43,883 nucleotides of DNA, from assembly GCA_007135645.1 (NCBI GenBank), contig SLIL01000337.1:1-43883 (forward strand), read 5' to 3'. This DNA comes from Bacteroidales bacterium (lineage in GTDB: Bacteria; Bacteroidota; Bacteroidia; Bacteroidales; UBA7960). Made by a program: the position numbers and the translations under genes. Of the stretch, positions 26,944-35,616 are shown piece after piece (position 1 is the stretch's first letter; each line of letters starts with the position of its first letter). The notes below the pieces were generated by a model. That model had not been told where the DNA came from and did not search any database. It saw nothing but the letters and a program-made list of their open reading frames with translations.

Positions 26944-28437
26944 CTAGAATCTGAAGCCAACGGTCATCATAAATCCCTGGCGAGTAAAATCGTATTCTAC
27001 GGGGGTGGTTCGGGTTCTGTTAAAGCTGTAATACTGGAAAAATTCTTCAGAATATTGGGTAATAAAATAACCGAAATCTACAAAGTAATTCCTTTCCCTT
27101 ATTCCTATCCCTGCGCTGATAGTGGTTTTCTCAAGGCTGGTGATCTCAGACTTGTAGGGGTTTGAATTCATGGCAAAACCACCTCTTACCACAATAGGAT
27201 TGAAGCGGTACTCTCCTCCGATGCGCAAATTATGTTGTTGTTGAAAATCATTTTTAATGCTGCGGTTTTCAATTGAAAACGGATCGCTGCTGCTTCTGAG
27301 GCGCATCTGGGTGAAATCGGCATATTCGTAATCAATGCTTACCAGGCCAGCGGTTCCAAAAACCAGCCCCAGGCTGCCAATCATCCGCAGAGGGGTATTC
27401 AGCTCATATTCAAACAACTGACGTGGGGATCTTTTATCGCGTCTTCCGAAACTTGCAAGGTCTGATTTCATGTGTGTTCTCCAGGAATCCTCAAGATTGT
27501 AGAAGGTTGGGGTATGCACTGCTGCTCCCAGCCGTATCATATCTGTAGCCCTGAAAATAGCCCCGAATTTAAAATTAAATCCGTTACCGGTGGTTTGCAG
27601 CGTTTCACCAAACTCCAGGGAGTTGAGCTCGGTATCTAATCCTTGTGAGTTTTCTTCGGTAAATGTGTACTCTTCATTGTAACGGAGAAAAGGAATACCT
27701 ATCGTGGCACCCAGGTAGAGACGGTTGCTGTAGTTGGCTCCCATTGACATGGTAAGCTCTCTGATTGATCCACTGGTGGTGGTGAGCCGCCTTTGCAACA
27801 CGTTATTGGGCATATCAATAAAATAGGTGTTGGCTATTGAATCCAGCCCCAGCAACCATACATCCCAGGCAAGCCCGGTAGTAAAATCATCAAGAAAACT
27901 CTCCGGGGGCATGGAGCTGTTAAAGTTGGTTTCTGCATTGGCTTTTTCAAGGAAAACCGACATGAGAGAGCTTTCTGTGTTGAATCCTTCATAAATCCGC
28001 CGGCTGTTGAAATTAGCCAGTTGATTGAGCCCAAAGCCGAGCTGAAAACCCATCCAGCCTGACTCCTTTAGTTCATTGGGATCATTGAATGCAAATACAA
28101 GCCCGATATTTCCCAGGGCAAAATCATACTGGATATCTTCTTCACGGGTGCCCATAAAATCAGACTGAACCCTTGTAAAGTTGAGGTTGGGAGTAATGGT
28201 AAACTCACTCCCCCTATACACGGCAATCCCTGCAGGGTTTACACTTAAGGTTGAAAAATCCCCTCCCAGGGCACCAAAAGCACCCCCAGTACTTACAAAT
28301 CTGGCTGTTCCAGAGGGATTTACCAGCGAATATCTCAGGGCATCAATCTCATTTTGTGAGTTACCCTGAAAGGCAATTATTGCCAGCGATATGAGAAGAA
28401 GCAATCGTTTCATTTGTTTGTTTTTTTGGGTTGTCAA
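26944..28437 (-). CDS. outer-membrane beta-barrel protein, FadL/PorV-like
   Basis: 497 aa. It has a signal peptide (MKRLLLLISLAIIAFQG), an N-terminal hatch-like motif (STGGAFGALGGDFSTLSVNPAGIA), alternating amphipathic strands and a C-terminal aromatic residue (TVGFRF). The start may be Met9 (28413). Confidence 0.55.
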   Translation of the reverse strand: MTTQKNKQMKRLLLLISLAIIAFQGNSQNEIDALRYSLVNPSGTARFVSTGGAFGALGGDFSTLSVNPAGIAVYRGSEFTITPNLNFTRVQSDFMGTREEDIQYDFALGNIGLVFAFNDPNELKESGWMGFQLGFGLNQLANFNSRRIYEGFNTESSLMSVFLEKANAETNFNSSMPPESFLDDFTTGLAWDVWLLGLDSIANTYFIDMPNNVLQRRLTTTSGSIRELTMSMGANYSNRLYLGATIGIPFLRYNEEYTFTEENSQGLDTELNSLEFGETLQTTGNGFNFKFGAIFRATDMIRLGAAVHTPTFYNLEDSWRTHMKSDLASFGRRDKRSPRQLFEYELNTPLRMIGSLGLVFGTAGLVSIDYEYADFTQMRLRSSSDPFSIENRSIKNDFQQQHNLRIGGEYRFNPIVVRGGFAMNSNPYKSEITSLEKTTISAGIGIRERNYFVDFGYFITQYSEEFFQYYSFNRTRTTPVEYDFTRQGFMMTVGFRF

Positions 28438-28513
28438 TATTGGTTAGAGCAAAAGACATTCATGTTGATCAGATAAAACCTGATTCAATGCCGGCCAGAT
28501 TACGTTGGCTTTT

Positions 28514-28550
28514 TCAAAAAAAGCCCCCTTTAGGGAAGTATGTGGGGGCT
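28514..28550 (-). terminator. rho-independent terminator of the low-complexity lipoprotein gene
   Basis: On the minus strand, AGCCCCC-15 nt-GGGGGCT is followed by TTTTTTT (the complement of the A-run at 28516..28522). It begins about 30 nt after the stop at 28582. Confidence 0.7.
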
Positions 28551-28581
28551 TTTCTTGAAATAAATTCATTCTGTTCAGAGT

Positions 28582-30189
28582 CTATCGTCTGCCGGAAGAC
28601 CGGCTATTGGAAGATGATGATGAAGATCTGCTGCCGGAAGAAGTATTTCCTGAAGACCTGCTTGGAGGACTTGAACTTCTCACTCCCGAAGAGCCTGACG
28701 AACCTCTGGAAGGGTTACTGACCGCCGGGCTTCTTTGAGGACTCCTGGCAGGGGCTGCCTGAGGACTACGCTGTGGAGCCCTTTGCGGAGCAGCCTGGGG
28801 CCTGCTTTGAGGCGTCCTTTGCGGGGTAGCCTGAGGCCTGTTTTGTGTTGGCCTTTGCGGAGCTGCCTGTGGCCTGGTTTGAACAGGCCTTTGTGGTGTT
28901 GCCTGAGGCCTCTGCGGTTGATTTTGCTGAGGCCTTGCTTCGCTACCGGTAGCTGTGTTTACAGGGCGCTGCTCACCAGCGGGCCTTCTGTACTCCTGGT
29001 TGGAGCGTGGCTGTTGCTGGCTTGGCGGAGTATAGGGCCTGACTGCTGGTCCTAAATTATCAACACGCGACCCTGGTTCTGCAGTCTGCGTTTCTTTTTC
29101 CTGCTGCTGAACCTCTTGAGGCCTGTTGTAACGAGGAGCTTGCTCCGGCCTTACCGGTGCTGCAAAATCCTGAGGTGTACGTTGTGGGGTGTAGTCTGCA
29201 GGTTGCGCAGTCCCTTCACGTGCATCAGGTCTTTGTCTTTCTGGCGCCTGTGATTGGGGTTGAGCAGCAGAAAGTTCATTGGCCGGTGGCTGCTGTGCTT
29301 CCAGGCCTCCCTGTTTAACTGCAGGATTAGCTTCTGACAAAGATGGCCTGGCATTATCGTTTGCTGTTTTAAGGGTTTCACCTCCGGTAATGCGACCTCC
29401 CTGGCTCATAGTCTGGCCTGCATCGCCATAACGACCAGGTTCACGTGTTCCGATACCTGTACTTGTGCCGTCAGGCCTTCTGGAACCCCAGGCATACGTT
29501 TGTGTACTGGTGTATAAACCCGGGTAGTATCCATAATATCCATAACCACCCCAGTGCCCATAACCACCCCAGAATGGGCTATGATGCCAGTAAGGCCTGT
29601 GATGCCATCCAAAATGATGTGCACCCCACCAACCATATGATGGGAAAGGATGGAATGGATGGAAACCCATGCCCCATCCGTAATAGTAGCTAGGCCATCC
29701 GTAACCAAAATAAATACTGGCGCCATAGAAATGGGGGTTGAAGCTATACCAGTACATATTGGTAAACCAGGGGTCATAATAACCAAACATGGCATAATTA
29801 CGATGGAAACGCCTTAAGCGTGAAGAATAGCCAAAATAATCATACCCGTAATGGGTGTGATACCAATGTGGGTAATCGCTGCCTACTTCCACATCGTAAT
29901 TGTCATCAAAGTAAACGGTGTCATTTTCAACAACATAATACTCGTAATCCTGGTATTCGTAATATTGCTCCTGAGAGTAATGCTGATTGGGTGCTGCTGC
30001 AGGCTGGCTTTCTGATGCCGGAGTTACCTGCACCACGGTGGCATTGGCCTCGTGGGCATTTTCCGCGAGCATCTCTGCATTGCTTCGGCTGTAATAGATA
30101 TCATCGTGCACGCCAGCTGAATGATAGCTTGTGGAGCATGCACTCAGGAATAATACCAATAAGCCGGTTAATTTAACTAAGGTTTTCAT
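28582..30189 (-). CDS. three-part low-complexity lipoprotein (aromatic/His/Gly-rich region, Pro/Gln repeat region, Ser/Arg-rich tail)
   Basis: 535-aa ORF with a lipobox (LFLSACST). Residues ~70-235 are dominated by Y/W/H/G/F (for example GYGWPSYYYGWGMGFHPFHPFPSYGWWGAHHFGWHHRPYWHH). Residues ~280-487 are P/Q/A/R-rich with RPQA(A/T)PQR repeats. The last 48 aa are mostly Ser/Gly/Arg. The long open frame on this strand, the signal peptide and a dedicated terminator all support real coding. Confidence 0.75.
   Translation of the reverse strand: MKTLVKLTGLLVLFLSACSTSYHSAGVHDDIYYSRSNAEMLAENAHEANATVVQVTPASESQPAAAPNQHYSQEQYYEYQDYEYYVVENDTVYFDDNYDVEVGSDYPHWYHTHYGYDYFGYSSRLRRFHRNYAMFGYYDPWFTNMYWYSFNPHFYGASIYFGYGWPSYYYGWGMGFHPFHPFPSYGWWGAHHFGWHHRPYWHHSPFWGGYGHWGGYGYYGYYPGLYTSTQTYAWGSRRPDGTSTGIGTREPGRYGDAGQTMSQGGRITGGETLKTANDNARPSLSEANPAVKQGGLEAQQPPANELSAAQPQSQAPERQRPDAREGTAQPADYTPQRTPQDFAAPVRPEQAPRYNRPQEVQQQEKETQTAEPGSRVDNLGPAVRPYTPPSQQQPRSNQEYRRPAGEQRPVNTATGSEARPQQNQPQRPQATPQRPVQTRPQAAPQRPTQNRPQATPQRTPQSRPQAAPQRAPQRSPQAAPARSPQRSPAVSNPSRGSSGSSGVRSSSPPSRSSGNTSSGSRSSSSSSNSRSSGRR
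28729..28935 (-). repeat. imperfect in-frame tandem repeats (about 36 nt / 12 aa, ~5 units) encoding RPQA(A/T)PQRxxQx
   Basis: The translated units are RPQATPQRPVQT / RPQAAPQRPTQN / RPQATPQRTPQS / RPQAAPQRAPQRS / PQAAPARSPQRS. The DNA shows recurring GGCCTGAGGCC / CCTTTGCGG blocks on the plus strand. Confidence 0.8.
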
Positions 30190-30273
30190 AACTTTTCCTC
30201 CTGGTGATTTTATGGATAAAATATGTAGCGTTCTTTGCTATAGGTCAATGGGTTTTTGTTGATAATTATTTCT

Positions 30274-30281
30274 TAAATTTG
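30274..30281 (+). promoter_or_regulatory. candidate -7 box (TAAATTTG) for proS
   Basis: A TAnnTTTG match lies 52 nt upstream of the proS ATG, inside the 143-nt divergent intergenic region. Confidence 0.35.
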
Positions 30282-30332
30282 CCCATCAAATTTAATTAAT
30301 AAATCATCAAATTTTATACCAATTACGCAGTT

Positions 30333-31808
30333 ATGGCTAAAGATTTTTCAACCCGTGAAGAAAACTACTCCAAATGGTACAACGATATTGTCCAGAGGGC
30401 AGATCTGGCGGAGAATTCAGCAGTAAGGGGGTGCATGGTAATTAAGCCTTATGGCTATGCACTTTGGGAACGAATGCAGGGTGCCCTGGACAAGATGTTT
30501 AAGGATACCGGCCATTCCAATGCCTACTTTCCAATTTTCATACCAAAGTCGTTTTTTAGTAAAGAAGCCGATCATGTGGAGGGTTTTGCCAAAGAATGTG
30601 CCGTAGTAACCCACTACCGGTTGAAAAATGATCCCGATGGCAAAGGAGTGGTTGTAGATGAGGATGCAAAACTGGAAGAGGAGCTGATCATCCGCCCTAC
30701 CTCCGAAACCATCATCTGGGATACTTACCGTAACTGGGTACAGTCCTACCGCGACCTCCCAATCCTGGTTAACCAATGGGCCAATGTGGTGCGCTGGGAA
30801 ATGCGTACCAGGATGTTTTTGCGTACGGCCGAGTTTCTCTGGCAGGAAGGGCATACGGCCCATGCCACCAAAGAAGAGGCCCTGGAAGAAACCCGACAGA
30901 TGTTGGATGTTTATGCCGAGTTTGCCGAAAAATTTATGGCTATACCTGTATTGAAAGGGGTAAAATCAGAAAATGAGCGGTTTGCCGGTGCCCTTGAGAC
31001 ATTCTGCATTGAAGCCTTGATGCAGGACGGTAAAGCATTGCAGGCTGGCACATCCCACTTCCTGGGGCAAAATTTCGCCAAAGCATTTGATGTAAAATTT
31101 ACCAGCAAAGAAGGCAAACTGGAATATGTTTGGGCTACATCCTGGGGAGTGTCAACCCGTTTGGTGGGTGCCCTGATCATGGCCCACTCCGATGACAATG
31201 GCCTTGTAATTCCTCCAAAACTTGCTCCCATACAGGTTGTAATTGTGCCAATCTACAAAAATCAGGAACAGTATGACCTGGTGTGCAATAAAGCAAGGGA
31301 AATTTATGATACATTAAAAAACAGCGGCATCAGGGTTAAGCTTGATGATCGTGATACCCATAAGCCTGGTTGGAAATTTAATGAATACGAGTTTAAAGGT
31401 GTACCACTTCGTATTGCATTAGGGCCCAGGGATGTTGAAAACAATACAGTTGAGATTGCCCGCAGAGATACCCTGGAAAAAGGATTCTACCAGCAGGCTG
31501 ACCTGCTGAATAAGATTGAGCATCTTCTTGAAAATATCCAGGATAATCTCTTCCACAAAGCCGTTACTTTTAGGGAGTCAAAAACATTTTATGCAGATAG
31601 CTGGGAGGAGTTTAACCAGTTGCTGGATGAAAAGGGTGGATTCATTTATGCTCACTGGGATGGCACGGGCGAAACAGAACAGATCATCAAGGAAAAAACC
31701 AAGGCAACCATTCGTTGCATCCCCCTGAATAATAAAATGACTGAAGGCAAATGCATTTACAGTGGTAAACCTTCAGCGCAGCGGGTGGTTTTTGCCAGGG
31801 CATATTAA
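30333..31808 (+). CDS. proS: proline--tRNA ligase, archaeal/eukaryote-like type
   Basis: 491 aa. The N-terminus [35 protein letters not shown] and the class II motifs (IRPTSET; [16 protein letters not shown]) are typical. There is no bacterial INS editing insert. The protein ends in the conserved terminal Tyr (FARAY). Confidence 0.95.
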   Translation: MAKDFSTREENYSKWYNDIVQRADLAENSAVRGCMVIKPYGYALWERMQGALDKMFKDTGHSNAYFPIFIPKSFFSKEADHVEGFAKECAVVTHYRLKNDPDGKGVVVDEDAKLEEELIIRPTSETIIWDTYRNWVQSYRDLPILVNQWANVVRWEMRTRMFLRTAEFLWQEGHTAHATKEEALEETRQMLDVYAEFAEKFMAIPVLKGVKSENERFAGALETFCIEALMQDGKALQAGTSHFLGQNFAKAFDVKFTSKEGKLEYVWATSWGVSTRLVGALIMAHSDDNGLVIPPKLAPIQVVIVPIYKNQEQYDLVCNKAREIYDTLKNSGIRVKLDDRDTHKPGWKFNEYEFKGVPLRIALGPRDVENNTVEIARRDTLEKGFYQQADLLNKIEHLLENIQDNLFHKAVTFRESKTFYADSWEEFNQLLDEKGGFIYAHWDGTGETEQIIKEKTKATIRCIPLNNKMTEGKCIYSGKPSAQRVVFARAY

Positions 31809-31901
31809 TCGGTCATTTTCAGAATAATTCTGTAAAAAGATCGTTATCTTTGAAATTGGCAAACCCATATTATTTGCCGCTTAATAGTTTATGTTAAAAA
31901 T

Positions 31902-32396
31902 ATGAATGCATCGAAATTAATTTTACTGCCATTGCTGCTTACTATCTCTATGATGGTTTATGCCCAGGAACAGGTGCGTGAGCATGAACCGGAAGAAAAA
32001 TCAGAGGAGCCGGTACGTACATGGATTACCCAGGATCAGAAAGTTGATGCTTTGGTAAAGGATTTTCGTGAGATGAACCGGCGCAGGGGCATGGCAGGTT
32101 TTCGGGTGCAGATATACACTGCATCAGGAAACCGGTCAAGGCTGCTTACCGAAAGACAAAAAGCAGAGTTTGACGCCAGCTATCCCGATGTGCCATCTTA
32201 CATTACCTACGATGAGCCCTACTTTAAACTCAGGGTAGGCGATTTCAGAACAAGGTTGGATGCCCAGCGGTTCAGCAGGCAAATCTCATCAAAATACATT
32301 TTTGCAACCGTAGTGGTTGATCGGATCAATCCACCTCAGCTAAAAACTGACAATAATCTTCTGATTCCCGAAAGAACCGATCAGGGAGAGGAATAA
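31902..32396 (+). CDS. SPOR-domain protein (secreted)
   Basis: 164 aa with a signal peptide and a SPOR domain (GFRVQIYTASGNRSRLLTERQKAEF...YFKLRVGDFRTRLDAQRF). Confidence 0.8.
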   Translation: MNASKLILLPLLLTISMMVYAQEQVREHEPEEKSEEPVRTWITQDQKVDALVKDFREMNRRRGMAGFRVQIYTASGNRSRLLTERQKAEFDASYPDVPSYITYDEPYFKLRVGDFRTRLDAQRFSRQISSKYIFATVVVDRINPPQLKTDNNLLIPERTDQGEE

Positions 32397-32413
32397 CAAT
32401 CAGAAAAGGCTAT

Positions 32414-32457
32414 AAAAAAAAGCTGCTTCGCGTTGAATTACGGGAAGCAGCTTTTTG
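32414..32457. terminator. bidirectional rho-independent terminator between SPOR gene and fbaA
   Basis: AAGCTGCTTC (32420..32429) pairs with GAAGCAGCTT (32444..32453). An A-run lies upstream and TTTTT downstream. Confidence 0.75.
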
Positions 32458-32505
32458 TTTAAGGCAACGTTGAAAAGGTTGCTTTTTGTGTAAGAATATC
32501 AGTTC

Positions 32506-33585
32506 TTAGTTGCGATCCATGGCATTGAGGTCTTCAAAAGCAAGCTTCAGGCGCTCCTTCATGGCTTCTTCTGATTTTCTTAACCATGTACGTGGGTCAT
32601 AATACTTTTTATTGGGTTTATCATCTCCATCGGGGTTGCCAATCTGTCCCTGGAGGTATCCCTCATTTTTTTGATAGAATGTCTTGATGCCATCCCAGAA
32701 TGCCCATTGGGTATCGGTATCGATATTCATCTTGATAACACCATAGGAAATAGCTTCGCGGATCTCTTCACGTGAGGAACCACTACCTCCATGGAATACA
32801 AAGTTTACAGGCTTGGGTGCGGTTTTGAACTTTTCCTCAATGAATTTTTGCGAATTGTCAAGGATCTTAGGCTCAAGCCTTACATTCCCTGGCTTGTAAA
32901 CACCGTGAACGTTTCCAAACGATGCAGCAACCATAAATTTATCAGAAACCTTGTTCAGTGCTTCATACATTGCGGCCACTTCTTCGGGTTGGGTATAAAG
33001 CTTTGAGCTGTCTATGCCTGTGTTGTCCACACCATCTTCTTCACCTCCGGTAACACCAAGCTCAATTTCAAGGGTCATCCCTATCTTGCTCATCCGCTCC
33101 AGGTATTTTGAGCAGATCTCGATATTTTCTTCCAGCGGATCTTCTGAGAGGTCGAGCATATGCGAGCTGAAAAGAGGTTTGCCGAATTTGTCAAAATTCT
33201 CTTCTGATGCTTTGATCAGCCCGTCTATCCAAGGTAGTAACTTTTTAGCTGCGTGGTCGGTATGCATAATCACCCTCACTCCGTACAATTCAGCCATCAT
33301 TGCCACATGCTTTGCACCGGAGATCGCTCCTGCAATGGCTGCCTGCTGGTTTTCGTTTGAAAGGCTTTTCCCGGCATAAAAATGTGCACCCCCATTGGAG
33401 AACTGCACTATAACAGGTGAGTTTACCTCTTTTGCAGTTTCCAGCACAGAATTTATGGTGTTTGTTCCCGTTACGTTTACCGCTGGCAATGCAAACTGGT
33501 TATCTCTTGCAATTTTCAATAATTCCTGCACCTGATCACCGGTTACGATTCCAGGCTGAATGTTTTTCATTAAATTAGCTGCCAT
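32506..33585 (-). CDS. fbaA: class II fructose-bisphosphate aldolase (class IIa, E. coli FbaA-like)
   Basis: 359 aa. PGIVTGDQVQELLKIARDNQFALPAVNVTGTNTINSVLETAKEVNSPVIVQFSNGGA closely parallels E. coli FbaA, and the length is identical. Confidence 0.95.
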   Translation of the reverse strand: MAANLMKNIQPGIVTGDQVQELLKIARDNQFALPAVNVTGTNTINSVLETAKEVNSPVIVQFSNGGAHFYAGKSLSNENQQAAIAGAISGAKHVAMMAELYGVRVIMHTDHAAKKLLPWIDGLIKASEENFDKFGKPLFSSHMLDLSEDPLEENIEICSKYLERMSKIGMTLEIELGVTGGEEDGVDNTGIDSSKLYTQPEEVAAMYEALNKVSDKFMVAASFGNVHGVYKPGNVRLEPKILDNSQKFIEEKFKTAPKPVNFVFHGGSGSSREEIREAISYGVIKMNIDTDTQWAFWDGIKTFYQKNEGYLQGQIGNPDGDDKPNKKYYDPRTWLRKSEEAMKERLKLAFEDLNAMDRN

Positions 33586-33790
33586 TTTTTTATTATTTAT
33601 AGGATTAAAAATATGAATAGTTGAGTTAGCCTTTTTTTCTGGGTCAAAATTACAAAAAATGGCTTAGAAATAGAGAATTGATTATGCAAGATTTTATTGT
33701 TGCTTATTTGCGGCAGTTTCAAAAATTATTGCTAACTTGCACTAAAGATAGGAACATATTTTAAAGAAAATAACGGGGGTTTCGTATTGT

Positions 33791-35164
33791 ATGTATAAAG
33801 TATTGATCGTAGACGATGACGTAAATTTTTGCGCCATTTTAAAATCGTATTTAGGGAGGAAAGGATTTAATGTTGCAGAAACCTTTACCTGCAGTGAGGC
33901 TTTGCGTCTTATGCAGGGCACTAAATATGATATCATTTTAACTGATTTTCGCCTCCCCGACCGCAACGGATTAGAGCTTCTCAAAGACATCAAGGATAAA
34001 ACACCCGATGCTGTAGTTATAATTATGACAGCATATGCTGATATTCGCATGGCTGTAAAAGCAATTAAACTGGGCGCCTTTGAGTTTGTTACCAAACCTG
34101 TTAATCCCGAGGAGTTGTTGATGTATATGGAAAGGGGGTTGTCAAGACAGGCAGATAAAGGGCAGGATGAAATACGTGTAAGGCAATCTGCTCCTGTAAA
34201 GACTTCCAATGGTTTCGAATATGTGTATGCCACCAGTAAAGAGTCAAAATTTATACATGATTACATACAGCTGGTGTCACCCACCGACATGTCTGTTATT
34301 ATTCAGGGTGAAAGTGGTACAGGAAAAGAGTATATAGCCCGCAAGATCCATGAACAGAGCAAAAGAAATGCGTTTGCTTTCGTAGCCATTGATTGTGGGT
34401 CATTATCCAAAGAACTGGCCGGGAGCGAGTTCTTCGGACACATAAAAGGGTCGTTTACCGGTGCCCTCAATGATAAAACAGGACAGTTTGAAGTGGCCAA
34501 CAACGGAACACTTTTCCTGGATGAGATCGGTAATCTTTCCTATGAGATTCAGGTTAAGTTGTTGAGGGCCATACAGGAAAGACGAATTCGCAAGATCGGG
34601 AGCAATAAGGATATCCCTGTGAATGTGAGGCTTATTACAGCAACCAATGAAGATCTGCGCGAAGCAGTGAAAAGGGGTGCCTTCAGAGAAGATCTTTATC
34701 ATCGCCTCAATGAGTTTGCCATCAATGTACCTCCCCTCAGGGAGCGGAAGGAAGACATCAGGGTGTTTTCAAATTTTTTCCTGGATAAAGCCAACAAGGA
34801 GCTTAATAAAAATATTGAGGATATTCCTGCTGAAGTGCTGGATTGCTTTATGGCATATCCCTGGCCTGGAAATATCAGGGAGGTTAAAAATGTTATCAGG
34901 AGAGCAGTTTTACTCTCAAAAGGAGAAAGCCTTCAGAAAGAAGCTTTGCCCCATGAGATAGCCACTGCATGCAATAGTGACTACCAGGTTGAAGAGAAAA
35001 ACAGGAATGATCTAAAAAGCCAGACAGAGAAAACCGAAAGAGAAGTGATCATTGCTACCCTTGAAAAGGCCAGGTATAATAAAGCAAAGACTGCAAGGAT
35101 CCTGAATATTGACCGTAAAACCTTGTACAATAAATTGAAACTGTATGGGATTTCAACCCAATAA
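33791..35164 (+). CDS. sigma-54-dependent response regulator (REC + AAA+ + Fis-type HTH), NtrC family
   Basis: 457 aa. The REC domain shows KVLIVDDD and IILTDFRLPDRNG. The AAA+ domain shows GESGTGKE, GHIKGSFTGA (a GSFTGA variant of the GAFTGA loop) and PWPGNIREVKN. The HTH is NKAKTARILNIDRKTLYNKLKLYGI. No histidine kinase gene is adjacent. Confidence 0.92.
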   Translation: MYKVLIVDDDVNFCAILKSYLGRKGFNVAETFTCSEALRLMQGTKYDIILTDFRLPDRNGLELLKDIKDKTPDAVVIIMTAYADIRMAVKAIKLGAFEFVTKPVNPEELLMYMERGLSRQADKGQDEIRVRQSAPVKTSNGFEYVYATSKESKFIHDYIQLVSPTDMSVIIQGESGTGKEYIARKIHEQSKRNAFAFVAIDCGSLSKELAGSEFFGHIKGSFTGALNDKTGQFEVANNGTLFLDEIGNLSYEIQVKLLRAIQERRIRKIGSNKDIPVNVRLITATNEDLREAVKRGAFREDLYHRLNEFAINVPPLRERKEDIRVFSNFFLDKANKELNKNIEDIPAEVLDCFMAYPWPGNIREVKNVIRRAVLLSKGESLQKEALPHEIATACNSDYQVEEKNRNDLKSQTEKTEREVIIATLEKARYNKAKTARILNIDRKTLYNKLKLYGISTQ

Positions 35165-35200
35165 GCTCTTTTTTTCGTGGTTTTTCCCAGGACTTTTTTT

Positions 35201-35236
35201 AAAAGTGTGAATTTTATTTCTGTTCTCCACACTTTT
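35201..35236. promoter_or_regulatory. perfect 9-bp inverted repeat AAAAGTGTG-N18-CACACTTTT (candidate activator binding dyad or transcript-end structure)
   Basis: Read directly. It lies 37 nt after the activator gene stop and about 125-160 nt upstream of the -24/-12-like element at 35361. A second small hairpin, TGTAGA-A6-TCTACA plus GTTTTTT (35238..35262), follows and could be the weak terminator of the activator gene. Confidence 0.3.
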
Positions 35237-35360
35237 GTGTAGAAAAAAATCTACAGTTTTTTGGATGAATAAAATATTTCATTATTTTTGCATAGGAATT
35301 AAATTTTTAATTTTCAGTTATTCAGGTTGTTACGACTTTTTTTAGGGAATACAATAGAAA

Positions 35361-35376
35361 TGGCATGTTTTTTTCA
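35361..35376 (+). promoter_or_regulatory. sigma-54-like -24/-12 element TGGCATG-N4-TTTCA (imperfect -12)
   Basis: Spacing is exactly that of TGGCACG-N4-TTGCA. There are two mismatches: C to T in the -24 hexamer, and the conserved G of the -12 GC to T. It lies in a 452-nt non-coding gap just downstream of a sigma-54 activator gene. Confidence 0.25.
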
Positions 35377-35448
35377 ATAGTTAAAGCGAAACTAACAACG
35401 ATCTAACGTTTCCCCCTAATTACATAAATTTCCCTTTTGTTTTCCTAT

Positions 35449-35482
35449 GCCGGCAGTTCCCCGCTGCCGGCTTCCTCTTTTT
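35449..35482 (+). terminator. orphan rho-independent terminator in the intergenic region
   Basis: GCCGGCAG (35449..35456) pairs with CTGCCGGC (35464..35471) across a 7-nt loop, followed by TTCCTCTTTTT. It lies 285 nt beyond the nearest upstream stop codon and 135 nt before the next gene. Confidence 0.6.
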
Positions 35483-35616
35483 ATGGGGGTCAGTTAAATT
35501 TTATTCCAAAGATTTGCTTTGGGTCAATTATTATGGAATACACACGTTTTCCCGGATTAATTCGTTTATAAACATAAAAATGAATAATTTAGCACTATAT
35601 AAAATACGAACATAAA

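Noticed and set aside
28735-29055. A 106-aa plus-strand ORF (RPLRGSLRP repeats) opposite the Pro/Gln repeat region. Alternative same-strand frames occur at 29151..29381 and 29406..29795.
   Set aside because: These are mirror-image artefacts of a repetitive GC-rich coding segment. Only the 535-aa frame has a signal peptide, spans the whole region and ends at a terminator.
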